This document shows positions 1 to 8,143 of a stretch of 14,935 nucleotides of DNA, piece after piece. The first letter of the stretch is position 1; each line of letters starts with the position of its first letter. A program made the translations under genes and the position numbers. Origin of the DNA: a bacterium. Lineage in GTDB: Bacteria > Hinthialibacterota > Hinthialibacteria > Hinthialibacterales > Hinthialibacteraceae. The stretch is from assembly GCA_041946805.1 (NCBI GenBank), contig JBHGBC010000153.1, forward strand, positions 1 to 14,935. The letters run 5' to 3'. The notes under the pieces are model-generated. The model ran no database searches, was not told the DNA's origin, and was given only the letters and a program-made list of their open reading frames with translations.

Positions 1-1202
1 AGGCGGTGGCCGCGCAATTCCGCCACTCTCCCTAAGTACAGGTATAACAAGGGATAAAACGGTAAAATGTGCCGCAATCCGATGTTCACCCGGTTGAACG
101 CGGCCATGGCCTGCAACAATACCAACGTCCCCACCATGATGCCATCCGGAAGGCCGCGCCAGCGTTTTTTCCCCGCCACCTGGCAAAGTAAAAATCCGAT
201 TAGAATGGGAAGCGGTGTTTTGACCGCCGCCGCCGCCAGATAATAATACGGCCATCCTTCCGTGGAATAATTTCCGAACAGGTAAAACGCATGGTTCCGG
301 TGCGGCATACCCGGGACCGTCTCGCCGCCCCGCCCCGCGGCCAATGATTTTGCAACCACATTCCGCAGCGTGTCGAGGTAATAAAACGGTTTGATGGGGT
401 AGCCATAGACCACAAATAAAGTCAACAGAACAACCAGCAACAGTACAAACGTGTTCTTTAATATGGGCAGAAGGGGGACCTGGCGGAGAGTATCCACATT
501 CCGTGCCTTGATCCATGCCAGGGCAATGAGGAACACCGGGATGAGCATAAGAGCCGTGACCTTGGCGGCCAGGGCCCCTCCCAGCGCCACTCCCGCCAGG
601 ATCAGGCGGACCGGTGAGGGGCGTTCGGAATACGTATATAGCGCGAACAACGCGAGGAAGATAAAAAACGCGCTGCCCAGGTCCATCGTCGCCAGCCGGC
701 CGTGCGCCAGCAGGTTGGGACACAACACGTACAGAAACAGCGAGGTCAATCCTCCCGCGGTTCCATACAACCGGCGTCCCCAGAGATAAACCAATCCGGC
801 CAGGCCGCAGGATAGGAGCAAAATGGGCAACCGGGCGAGTATCAGGATCTTCCGCCAATCATTCTTGCCCCCCAGCATCATTTCCCACCCGAGGGGATAA
901 CCCAGGAAATAGCTGTCCGGCGTGTCCCATTTCTCCATTTGCCAAGGAGGCATTTCGATGGGGAGAAACTGCAAGGGCAGGCCGATCAGCAGGCGGATCA
1001 AGGGCGGGTGGGTGCGGTCCAACCGGAAATCGCCGGTTTTTACGTATAAATAACCCGTGGAGATATAGGTGTATTCATCCACGGTGGGAGACTTGATCCA
1101 GGCGCTGGTGATTCCCAGGGCGAAATGCAGGAGAACGAGAAAAATCGCGGCCCCGCGGGGTATCCAGGGAGAAGTAAAGAGCCGGAACCGTTCGGATTCC
1201 AC
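1..1202 (-). CDS. GT-C superfamily membrane glycosyltransferase (ArnT/PMT, GT83/GT39-like), 3' end outside window
   Basis: Hand translation from GTG at 1202 stays open to the window edge: ...LHFALGITSAWIKSPTVDEYTYISTGYLYVKTGDFRLDRTHPPLIRLL...ARLP...CPNLLAHGRLATMDLG...LAAKVTAL...GWPYYY...KTPLP...NIGLRHILP. The TxDE after TM1, HPPL, ARLP and GxRHxLP motifs plus many TM segments are typical of GT-C enzymes. Confidence 0.88.
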   Translation of the reverse strand, partial: MESERFRLFTSPWIPRGAAIFLVLLHFALGITSAWIKSPTVDEYTYISTGYLYVKTGDFRLDRTHPPLIRLLIGLPLQFLPIEMPPWQMEKWDTPDSYFLGYPLGWEMMLGGKNDWRKILILARLPILLLSCGLAGLVYLWGRRLYGTAGGLTSLFLYVLCPNLLAHGRLATMDLGSAFFIFLALFALYTYSERPSPVRLILAGVALGGALAAKVTALMLIPVFLIALAWIKARNVDTLRQVPLLPILKNTFVLLLVVLLTLFVVYGYPIKPFYYLDTLRNVVAKSLAAGRGGETVPGMPHRNHAFYLFGNYSTEGWPYYYLAAAAVKTPLPILIGFLLCQVAGKKRWRGLPDGIMVGTLVLLQAMAAFNRVNIGLRHILPFYPLLYLYLGRVAELRGHR

Positions 1203-1217
1203 GCCGGTTAAACCAGG

Positions 1218-2072
1218 TCAAGGGGCCAGCGTCCGCCGGCCTTCGCGGGATTCCGGAAAGGAGGCTTGGCGTTCACTCCCATACAACAGGGAACGCAGAA
1301 CCGCCACGAAGGTGAGGATCCCCCCGGCGATGGCGCCATACGTGAAGCCGGTCAGCAGCATGATGGGGATGGCGGTCACCCGCACCGGGATTTCCGCGCC
1401 CGAATAGAAATAGGGAGGCCCGAACAAGGAGCCATACACGGGCCAAAAGGATGAGACCGCAATCCACACAAGCAGAACCACCCACGCGTGCAGGAGGCCC
1501 ATCCCCGCGCCGAACATGAGGAGGTTCGAATCGTTGCGCCGGGCGGGGGGAAGGTATTTGAAATAGAAAAGGTAACCGCCTACCGTGAGAACAAAGAGGG
1601 GGATGACGAGCATGCCGCCGATCGTGCTCAATTCCAGTTCCAGCGTCCAATGGAACGTGTTCAGCACCGTGTAGAAGAAGAGGCCGGTGCCCAGGGCGCC
1701 CAGGCGCGTGAACTGCGACTCGTTGCCCGCTTGCGAATCGTCCTCCACGATGGCGAAGGGCCGCATTTTGGGGTAATAGGGGACAAACTCGGACGTGCCA
1801 TCCTGCTTGAGCTGGGTCAGGCCGCGGTGAGGCAGGTTCTGAATGCTGGAGAGCGAGGCGGCCATGGCGGTCATCAGCACTCCCGCCATAAAAATGCCGG
1901 CTGCCGTCAGGATCCCCCGGCGTACCATGGCTCCCCATGGGATTTCCGGGATGCCGGGGGCGTGGGATACCGGGACAGGGGTGACATCCGAAGCGCCCGG
2001 GACATTCGGATTGCGTGACTCGGCCTGCTTTTTCACGTTCACTTCGTCTTGTCTTTTACGGATATCGCTCAT
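1218..2072 (-). CDS. hypothetical integral membrane protein (about 5-6 TM segments)
   Basis: 284-aa ORF with ATG start, a hydrophilic Pro-rich N-terminus and multiple hydrophobic stretches. It ends 15 nt upstream of the GT-C start on the same strand. Confidence 0.75.
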   Translation of the reverse strand: MSDIRKRQDEVNVKKQAESRNPNVPGASDVTPVPVSHAPGIPEIPWGAMVRRGILTAAGIFMAGVLMTAMAASLSSIQNLPHRGLTQLKQDGTSEFVPYYPKMRPFAIVEDDSQAGNESQFTRLGALGTGLFFYTVLNTFHWTLELELSTIGGMLVIPLFVLTVGGYLFYFKYLPPARRNDSNLLMFGAGMGLLHAWVVLLVWIAVSSFWPVYGSLFGPPYFYSGAEIPVRVTAIPIMLLTGFTYGAIAGGILTFVAVLRSLLYGSERQASFPESREGRRTLAP

Positions 2073-2340
2073 GGCCGTCTTTCCAGGAAGATTCTCTTTT
2101 CAAGAATAAGCGATTTGTGATGATAAACGAAGGCGAATGGCACAGGTTATTGGATGAAACAGATTTTTCAGGTTCATCCGCTTAGGGCGGGGTTGGCGGA
2201 ACAGGAGTATTCCCTCTCCGCCCGGTCGCGGGCGGCCACCCAGGACCGCTCCTGCCATGATTCCTTCCTCCCCGTCTTCTCCCTGATGGTTTATCTTTAA
2301 TCCCTCTTTTTTAGCTTTATTTCCCGCTTTTCGGGTATGT

Positions 2341-2382
2341 ATCCCTCTTTCCGGAAGCCATCCCTCTTTCCGGAAGCCATCC
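2341..2382. repeat. 19-bp direct tandem repeat (ATCCCTCTTTCCGGAAGCC x2 plus partial)
   Basis: Exact copies at 2341-2359 and 2360-2378, then ATCC. Degenerate copies at about 2300-2340. Confidence 0.85.
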
Positions 2383-2391
2383 AACCTACAG

Positions 2392-2420
2392 GATGTCATC
2401 CCCGCGAAAGCGGGGATCCA
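2392..2420 (+). repeat. REP-like palindrome GTCATCCCCGCGAAAGCGGGGATCCA
   Basis: 8-bp stem ATCCCCGC/GCGGGGAT with GAAA loop. A second copy at 9283-9310 matches at 26 of 28 nt. Confidence 0.8.
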
Positions 2421-2607
2421 GAAAATATGGAGTATCCCCAAAAAAGGAGTGCCGGCGCCCCCCGCGAACAACCTCAGCGGGATTGTATGCGCATAGCCTG
2501 GGAGGAGAATCCCCGGTAACGCTCCCCAAGCCAAATCGCGATCTTCCTTACCCGGATTCAAAAATCGAATGAACCGCACAAAAAAAACGGCTTTGGCACG
2601 CATCCCA

Positions 2608-2636
2608 TTTCCATTCCAGGATTTTGATCTTATAAT
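2608..2636 (+). promoter_or_regulatory. putative sigma70 promoter of the helicase gene
   Basis: TTTCCA (2608-2613), 17-nt spacer, perfect TATAAT (2631-2636), about 60 nt upstream of the ATG. Confidence 0.55.
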
Positions 2637-2696
2637 AGGAAAATACGCGCCATGCCGTATTAAATTCATAACCGTTGTACTGATGTAAAGGTGTTT

Positions 2697-4217
2697 ATGG
2701 ACCCCGCGATTACCATCCGCAATCTGCCCCGCAAAATCAACCACAAAGTCCTCGAGTCCATTTTGACGTACAACGCCATTCCCTGGAAACGGATCGTCCG
2801 GCTCGATCCGGATCCGAACGATACGGACCTGAGCGCCGCTCTAATCCTCCTGAAAGACGGCCGGGCGTTGGATACCGCCCTGCGCCGTCTCGGCGAGTGT
2901 GAAGTCGCCGGCCAGATTCTCTCCTGTGAAGCCTCGGAGTGGGCGGAGCCACCACGGACGCGCAGACCGGACACGGTTTTGGAGACCGATTCCATTCCGG
3001 CGGTCTGCTCCGCTCCACCGCCTGGATCAGCCTATCCCGAAGACGACATTCTGTCTCCCGGCCTGGAGGATGATGAATCCGAGGGTGAGGGAGAAGGGGA
3101 GGAGGCCGAAGAGAATGAAGAACCGGTTCCCTTCTCAGCCTTGGGCTTGTCGCCGGGAATCCAGCAAAACATCGCGAACATGGGCTTCGAGACCGCCACT
3201 CCCATCCAGGCCTTGCTCATTCCCCCCGCGATGGAAGGCTGCGACCTCATCGGGCGGGCGCAGACGGGGACGGGAAAGACCCTGGCCTTTACCATCCCGA
3301 TCGCCGAGCGTCTGTTGGCCCGTCCCGGCAAGGGAATCCGCGCCTTGGTGCTGGCCCCCACCCGTGAACTGGCCATTCAGATCAAGGAGGTCATGGAAGC
3401 GGTCATCCAGAACACCGGCTTGAAAACAGTCGTGCTCTATGGGGGCGAAAGCATTCTGGACCAGATGATCTCGTTGCGGGAAGAGGTGAACATCATCATC
3501 GCCACGCCCGGCCGCCTGCTCGACCTGCAAGGCCGCGGACGGCTGCGCTTCGACGCGTCCGAGATCTTTGTGCTGGACGAGGCGGACCGCATGCTGGACA
3601 TGGGCTTCCTGCCCCAGATCTCGAATGTCTTCCATTGCTTCTATGAACATCCCCAGGTCTTGCTGCTTTCCGCCACCGTGCCCCGCGAACTGCAGCGCAT
3701 GACCATGCTCAATCTCAAAAATCCCGTCTTCATCGACGCGGGCGCGCCCGATCTGACGCCCCTCGAGGCCGTAACTCAAAAGGTTCTTTATGTCACGAAC
3801 GAAGAAAAACAACGCTGCCTGTTCGACCTGTTGAACCACGAAAAAGGCACGGTGTTGGTCTTCACCCGGACGAAGCGCGCCACGGAGCGGCTGGCCCAAC
3901 GCCTCAAGGCGGCGGGGTACAACGCCACCCGCATTCACGGCGACATCAGCCAATCGGACCGCTTGCGGGCCCTGGACGCCTTCCGGGAAGGACGCTGCCG
4001 GATCCTGGTCGCCACCGATGTGGCGTCACGCGGACTGGATATCGAGGGCATCGCTCATGTCGTGAACTATGATCTCCCCATGGCTCCCGAGGACCATCTG
4101 CACCGCATCGGACGCACCGCCCGGGCCGGCGCCAAGGGCAAGGCCACCACGTTCATCACCCACGAGGAACGCCGCCGTTCCTTCAAGGAATTTAAAACCG
4201 TGCTGGGCCAGGCGTGA
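2697..4217 (+). CDS. DEAD-box ATP-dependent RNA helicase with N-terminal RRM-like domain
   Basis: Q motif GFETATPIQ, motif I AQTGTGKT, Ia PTRELA, Ib TPGRL, II DEAD (VLDEADRMLDMGF), III SAT, IV LVFTRTK, V TDVASRGLD, VI HRIGRTARAG. ATG 2697 follows AAAGG; GTG 2691 is an alternative start. Confidence 0.95.
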   Translation: MDPAITIRNLPRKINHKVLESILTYNAIPWKRIVRLDPDPNDTDLSAALILLKDGRALDTALRRLGECEVAGQILSCEASEWAEPPRTRRPDTVLETDSIPAVCSAPPPGSAYPEDDILSPGLEDDESEGEGEGEEAEENEEPVPFSALGLSPGIQQNIANMGFETATPIQALLIPPAMEGCDLIGRAQTGTGKTLAFTIPIAERLLARPGKGIRALVLAPTRELAIQIKEVMEAVIQNTGLKTVVLYGGESILDQMISLREEVNIIIATPGRLLDLQGRGRLRFDASEIFVLDEADRMLDMGFLPQISNVFHCFYEHPQVLLLSATVPRELQRMTMLNLKNPVFIDAGAPDLTPLEAVTQKVLYVTNEEKQRCLFDLLNHEKGTVLVFTRTKRATERLAQRLKAAGYNATRIHGDISQSDRLRALDAFREGRCRILVATDVASRGLDIEGIAHVVNYDLPMAPEDHLHRIGRTARAGAKGKATTFITHEERRRSFKEFKTVLGQA

Positions 4218-4268
4218 CACCCCGGCCCAGTGGGGAGACTTCGTTTTCTCTGAATTCCCTGGGGAAAG

Positions 4269-4739
4269 TCATACCCAACCCGCGTCTCCTTCCAGCGGGC
4301 CGCCCACCAATTCCTCGCCCCGTTTTTCCCATTGCATCCCTTCTTCCACCCACGACAGGATCTGCTGGTGGATTTTGGGATCGATTCCCAGATCCGTGCG
4401 GATTTCATCCAAGGCCGATTTCTCGACCTCGCTGATTTTGCTGTCCGCCATCAACAGCAGCAAGCATTGCTGATACAAGTATTTTTTCTGATTGGCATCC
4501 TTGAAGCGTTCCAGGCGTTTGCGGATTTTGTCCAGTGGCTCGGTGTCTTCGGCCATGCATTCGTCGATCTTGGCGGCGTGCAGGTCCATCTTCAAACCAA
4601 TCAGCCGGATCCGGACCGCCTCGAGCAATTCGAATTCCCGGTCCAGCGAAGCCAAGTCCCGCAGGATGCGGATCACGTCATGTTTCTGAGATTCCGTTAA
4701 CCGGAGCACAATCGGTTTTCCTTTCTCCGTCAGATTCAT
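4269..4739 (-). CDS. TerB-like (tellurite resistance family fold) protein
   Basis: Two copies of the TerB-type pattern: LRDLASLDREFELLEAVRIRLIGLKMDL and LLLLMADSKISEVEKSALDEIRTDLGID. 156 aa, predicted helical. Confidence 0.65.
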   Translation of the reverse strand: MNLTEKGKPIVLRLTESQKHDVIRILRDLASLDREFELLEAVRIRLIGLKMDLHAAKIDECMAEDTEPLDKIRKRLERFKDANQKKYLYQQCLLLLMADSKISEVEKSALDEIRTDLGIDPKIHQQILSWVEEGMQWEKRGEELVGGPLEGDAGWV

Positions 4740-4807
4740 TCATAAACAATCATCCTACCACGATGGCCTGGTTTCCCCAAAGGCAGCCCCCCGCGGAGGA
4801 AACCGGC

Positions 4808-7800
4808 TCATTCATGAAACGTCAGCACCTTCCCCTCCCGGTCCAGCAGCGCCCATTCGCCTTCCATGGTGAGGCGGGCGTCCCGGACCCACACATCCGG
4901 CCGGTAATAGGGAGAGGGGACCGCGGGGGCGTCATCGAATGAATGCACCGCTCCCGAAAAGTCCACGGCGTACCAGCCCCGGGGATGCTGGATCAACGCC
5001 CGCAGCGCGTCCTGTTGGAAATCGAGATTGGCTTTCGGCTTCCAGGAGCCGGGAGCCGCCCAAACCGTCCCGTCGCCATACAGCACCACGGCGTTTTTTT
5101 TGTCCACCACCAGTCCCCGGACCGGAAAGGAAGATTCAGGCAAGGCATGCGTTTTCAAGGTCCCGGATTCGAGCAGGATCAGCCGCCGCGATTGGCTGAC
5201 CACGCCGATACGTTTGCCATCGGGGGAGACATCGAAGAGCAGCGGCCGGTCTCCAGGTTCCAGGGGTACGGTCCGCGTGACCGCCCCTGAACAGTCATGA
5301 ACTCGACCCGCGGCGTCCAGAAACATCTCTCCCGTGGTTTGCGTCCACGCCGCGCCCGCCAACGGCGCGCTGTCCAGCCAGACCGCGTCCCGGATGATCC
5401 CCGTTCCGTTCCGGATCACGCCCGCGGTATTGACGGTTTCGATGTTGCCATTCCGGGGAAGCAAAAAGCAGCCGTCGATGACCGGGCCCGCGGCCACCGC
5501 CCGCTTGCGCTGGGTGATCCGGACCGTGTCAGCCATCAACTCCGCGTGGGGATACAGGCAGGCGATGAGGTCGATGGGGTCGCGGTCCACCAGCGCTCCG
5601 GAAAGCGTATAAGGGGTGTAAACGCTGGGCACATCATGCAGCCCGAGGGTTTTGTCATCCAAGCGCTGCTTGGAGTCCGCCACCAGGGTAAACTGCACTT
5701 TCCCTTGGGCCTTGGGATCCAATTTCCGTACCGAAAAGGTCACATCGTACCAAGCGGAAGGGAACTGGAAATACAGCCCGAAGACGATGAATTCGGGTTT
5801 GTCACGGGTTTTCCCGCGCAGAGCGGTCCCCCGGTCCGCCTGGGGATCCGCCGACACCTCCGCGCTGACATAGTGCAACTGTTCCGTCTGGATCATCGCG
5901 TCCAGCGGCGCGCAGCGGACATCGGGCATCCATACCACCGATTCGGGCCGCAGGATCTTTCCATTCTGGACCACCCGGGCGGAAACCGCCGTGTCTTCCG
6001 CCAGGGAGAAATGCAAATCCGGCCGTTCGCCTTCCGCCAGATGGGCGAGATGCACGGGATTGAGCGTCCGGGCCGCCAGCACCGCTCCCTGCCCGTTTTC
6101 GACCCGCAACTCGATGGGGGCGGAAACCGGATCCCGTGGCAAGGCGAAACTCACCCGGTGCCGTCCCGCCGGCAGCCAGCCGAGTGTCACCTGGTCTTGG
6201 TTCACGGCCTGGGGAAATACCCGCGTCGAGCGGACCAGGGACATGAATCCCGGCAAGGGATCGAGCCGCGGGCTGGATTCCATCACCACCCGGCCGGATT
6301 CCTGGTGCGTAATCCGGAAGCCTTTTTCCACCGCCTGGGCGTAGATGGTATTCCAGGATTCCCGCTCTTCCGGATTCGCCTGGTGGAAGTCGAAGATCAA
6401 CACTTCGGCTTCCCGCCATCGGTCCAGTGGAAGGAAAGTCCGGGCAAAGTTCAAGGGCACGCTGTCCGAACGGAGGTTTGTGGCGATGGATTGGTTGGAA
6501 AAATGGGAGAATAGATGGTCGCCATATACCGGTTCACCCAGCCGCGCCACGAAATACCGGAAGCCCATTTCCGCGATGGCGTAATGATCGAAGATGTATT
6601 GCCCCAGCGGATGCGTCAGCAGATAACGGAGGGGATGGTTGCCCGCCGATTCGTTCAATCCCACGTAATACCGCGCCCCCTTGGCCCGTTTGTCTTCGAG
6701 CCAGGCCGAGTCGTCCACTCCGTCCCGCGCGTCCCGCATGAAATGCCAGCCGTTGCGGTTCACGAAATAAAAGAATTCCGGCGTGTGGGGCACCTCGTCC
6801 GCCACGGCGATGAGCGCGCCCTTGGGAATCACCCGTTGCAGATGCAAAGCGTCGTCGTAAAAGAGATACTGCTTGCCGTACCACCCAGTGGCGATCATAA
6901 ACCAAAGCGACGCCGCCGCCATACCCGCGGGAATGAGAAAAGGCCACGACCAGCCCAGGGCGGGGTGAGTTCGTTTTCCGAGGGACTCCCGGGTGGCCGT
7001 TGAGATGTACTCCAGTCCGATTCCCCCCACCAGCGAAAACGCGGGAATGGCGAGCAGCGTGTAATAATCGTGTCCGAAGTGATGGCCGGGAATGATCAGG
7101 TAATAAAACGCGATCCCCGCCAGCCAGGCCCACACCAGCTGCCGGTTGGGATCATGAAACGCCACCCGCCACACTCCGGTCAAAAACGGAATCCAACCCG
7201 CGTAGATCAGAATGTCGAAGCCGAACCGGGTGAAGATCAGCCGTTTCCAGAAACCGGGATTGAGGTACACCGCCAGCAGGTTCTCCCGCCACGAGAAACC
7301 CTTGAAATGCCACATGAAGGTGGCCCCGCTTTGGAGAAAAAACGTGTGGGCGTGGGTGTACCACACGGCCATGGGGATCAGCACGCCCGCCGCGTAGAGC
7401 CATACGGGAAGGGACACCAGCACCCGGCATCCATGCCGCCGGTAGAAGATCCAGCCGAGCGGGAGCGCCACCAGCAGGCCAGGCGGCTTGAGCAGCACGC
7501 CCAGCGCCAGCGCCGCACCCGACGCGGACAGCCACCGGTTCCGGCCTTCCCGTTCCCACCGCAGCAAAAACGCGATGGAGGCCGTGGAGAGAAAGACCAT
7601 CATCATGTCCGGCTGGAAGGTCCGGCCGTAATAAACCGCCAGGGGGGCGGCCGAGAACAGCGCGGCGGCGAACACCCCCGCCAGCGGATTGCCCAGCTGC
7701 CGCCCGATGTCCCACAGCGCCCAAGCCACGCCGCCCGAACAGAGGATGGTAATCAACCGTCCCCAGATTTCGTTGGGGCCGAACCATCCGTACAGGCAGG

Positions 7801-8080
7801 CCACCAGGTACGAATAAAACGGGAACTCCATCTCCGCCTGTCCCCCGGGGCCGCACCAGTCGATTTCCGGCTCCCAGAACGGCAGGCGGTCTTCATAATA
7901 ATTCCGGGTGATGGCGGCGGTTTCCGTCTGCCGCCAGGCGTTCAGGTCATACAGGGGGTTGGTGACGCCATACAACCGGACCGCCAGAGTGACGGCCCAC
8001 ACAACGAGAAAGACGCGTCGACAGGCCTCGAGGGAAACCGCGGCCCCGCGCCGTCTCCTGACCGGATGTTCAAAACGCAT
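4808..8080 (-). CDS. GT-C (ArnT/PMT-like) membrane glycosyltransferase fused to large C-terminal extracytoplasmic domains
   Basis: N-terminal AWRQTETAAITRNYY...EFPFYSYL...WGRLITI...YYGRTFQPD...LLKPP...HDYYTL with many TMs, followed by about 600 aa of soluble beta-rich sequence. ATG 8080 is preceded by GGAG; the ORF-track start at 8128 is less likely. Confidence 0.85.
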   Translation of the reverse strand: MRFEHPVRRRRGAAVSLEACRRVFLVVWAVTLAVRLYGVTNPLYDLNAWRQTETAAITRNYYEDRLPFWEPEIDWCGPGGQAEMEFPFYSYLVACLYGWFGPNEIWGRLITILCSGGVAWALWDIGRQLGNPLAGVFAAALFSAAPLAVYYGRTFQPDMMMVFLSTASIAFLLRWEREGRNRWLSASGAALALGVLLKPPGLLVALPLGWIFYRRHGCRVLVSLPVWLYAAGVLIPMAVWYTHAHTFFLQSGATFMWHFKGFSWRENLLAVYLNPGFWKRLIFTRFGFDILIYAGWIPFLTGVWRVAFHDPNRQLVWAWLAGIAFYYLIIPGHHFGHDYYTLLAIPAFSLVGGIGLEYISTATRESLGKRTHPALGWSWPFLIPAGMAAASLWFMIATGWYGKQYLFYDDALHLQRVIPKGALIAVADEVPHTPEFFYFVNRNGWHFMRDARDGVDDSAWLEDKRAKGARYYVGLNESAGNHPLRYLLTHPLGQYIFDHYAIAEMGFRYFVARLGEPVYGDHLFSHFSNQSIATNLRSDSVPLNFARTFLPLDRWREAEVLIFDFHQANPEERESWNTIYAQAVEKGFRITHQESGRVVMESSPRLDPLPGFMSLVRSTRVFPQAVNQDQVTLGWLPAGRHRVSFALPRDPVSAPIELRVENGQGAVLAARTLNPVHLAHLAEGERPDLHFSLAEDTAVSARVVQNGKILRPESVVWMPDVRCAPLDAMIQTEQLHYVSAEVSADPQADRGTALRGKTRDKPEFIVFGLYFQFPSAWYDVTFSVRKLDPKAQGKVQFTLVADSKQRLDDKTLGLHDVPSVYTPYTLSGALVDRDPIDLIACLYPHAELMADTVRITQRKRAVAAGPVIDGCFLLPRNGNIETVNTAGVIRNGTGIIRDAVWLDSAPLAGAAWTQTTGEMFLDAAGRVHDCSGAVTRTVPLEPGDRPLLFDVSPDGKRIGVVSQSRRLILLESGTLKTHALPESSFPVRGLVVDKKNAVVLYGDGTVWAAPGSWKPKANLDFQQDALRALIQHPRGWYAVDFSGAVHSFDDAPAVPSPYYRPDVWVRDARLTMEGEWALLDREGKVLTFHE

Positions 8081-8143
8081 GAGGGATACACTCCAACCTG
8101 GGAACAACGGGATTGATCCGACTAGCACCCGGGATCCGCCGGA

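Noticed and set aside
1203..1220. In-frame TGA between the membrane protein and the GT-C (readthrough or selenocysteine fusion)
   Set aside because: Sharing a frame has a 1-in-3 chance, there is no redox motif or obvious SECIS hairpin, and the GT-C has a normal-length N-terminus from GTG 1202.
2300..2420. CRISPR array
   Set aside because: Repeats are adjacent without unique spacers, are too short and too few, and no cas genes are present.
2594..2612. sigma54 promoter (TGGCACG); similar TGGCAC near 2138
   Set aside because: No correctly spaced TTGC -12 element at either site.
2100..2744. 214-aa minus-strand ORF
   Set aside because: Crosses the tandem repeat, the helicase promoter and the helicase start. 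Its WIPAFAGMT segment is simply the translated REP-like palindrome.
4218..4268. Bidirectional terminator between the helicase and TerB-like genes
   Set aside because: Only weak, interrupted pairing (CCCAG/CTGGG); no convincing stem plus U-tract.
4269..4739. Tellurite resistance operon
   Set aside because: Only a lone TerB-like gene; no terA/C/D/Z neighbours, so the function cannot be assigned.
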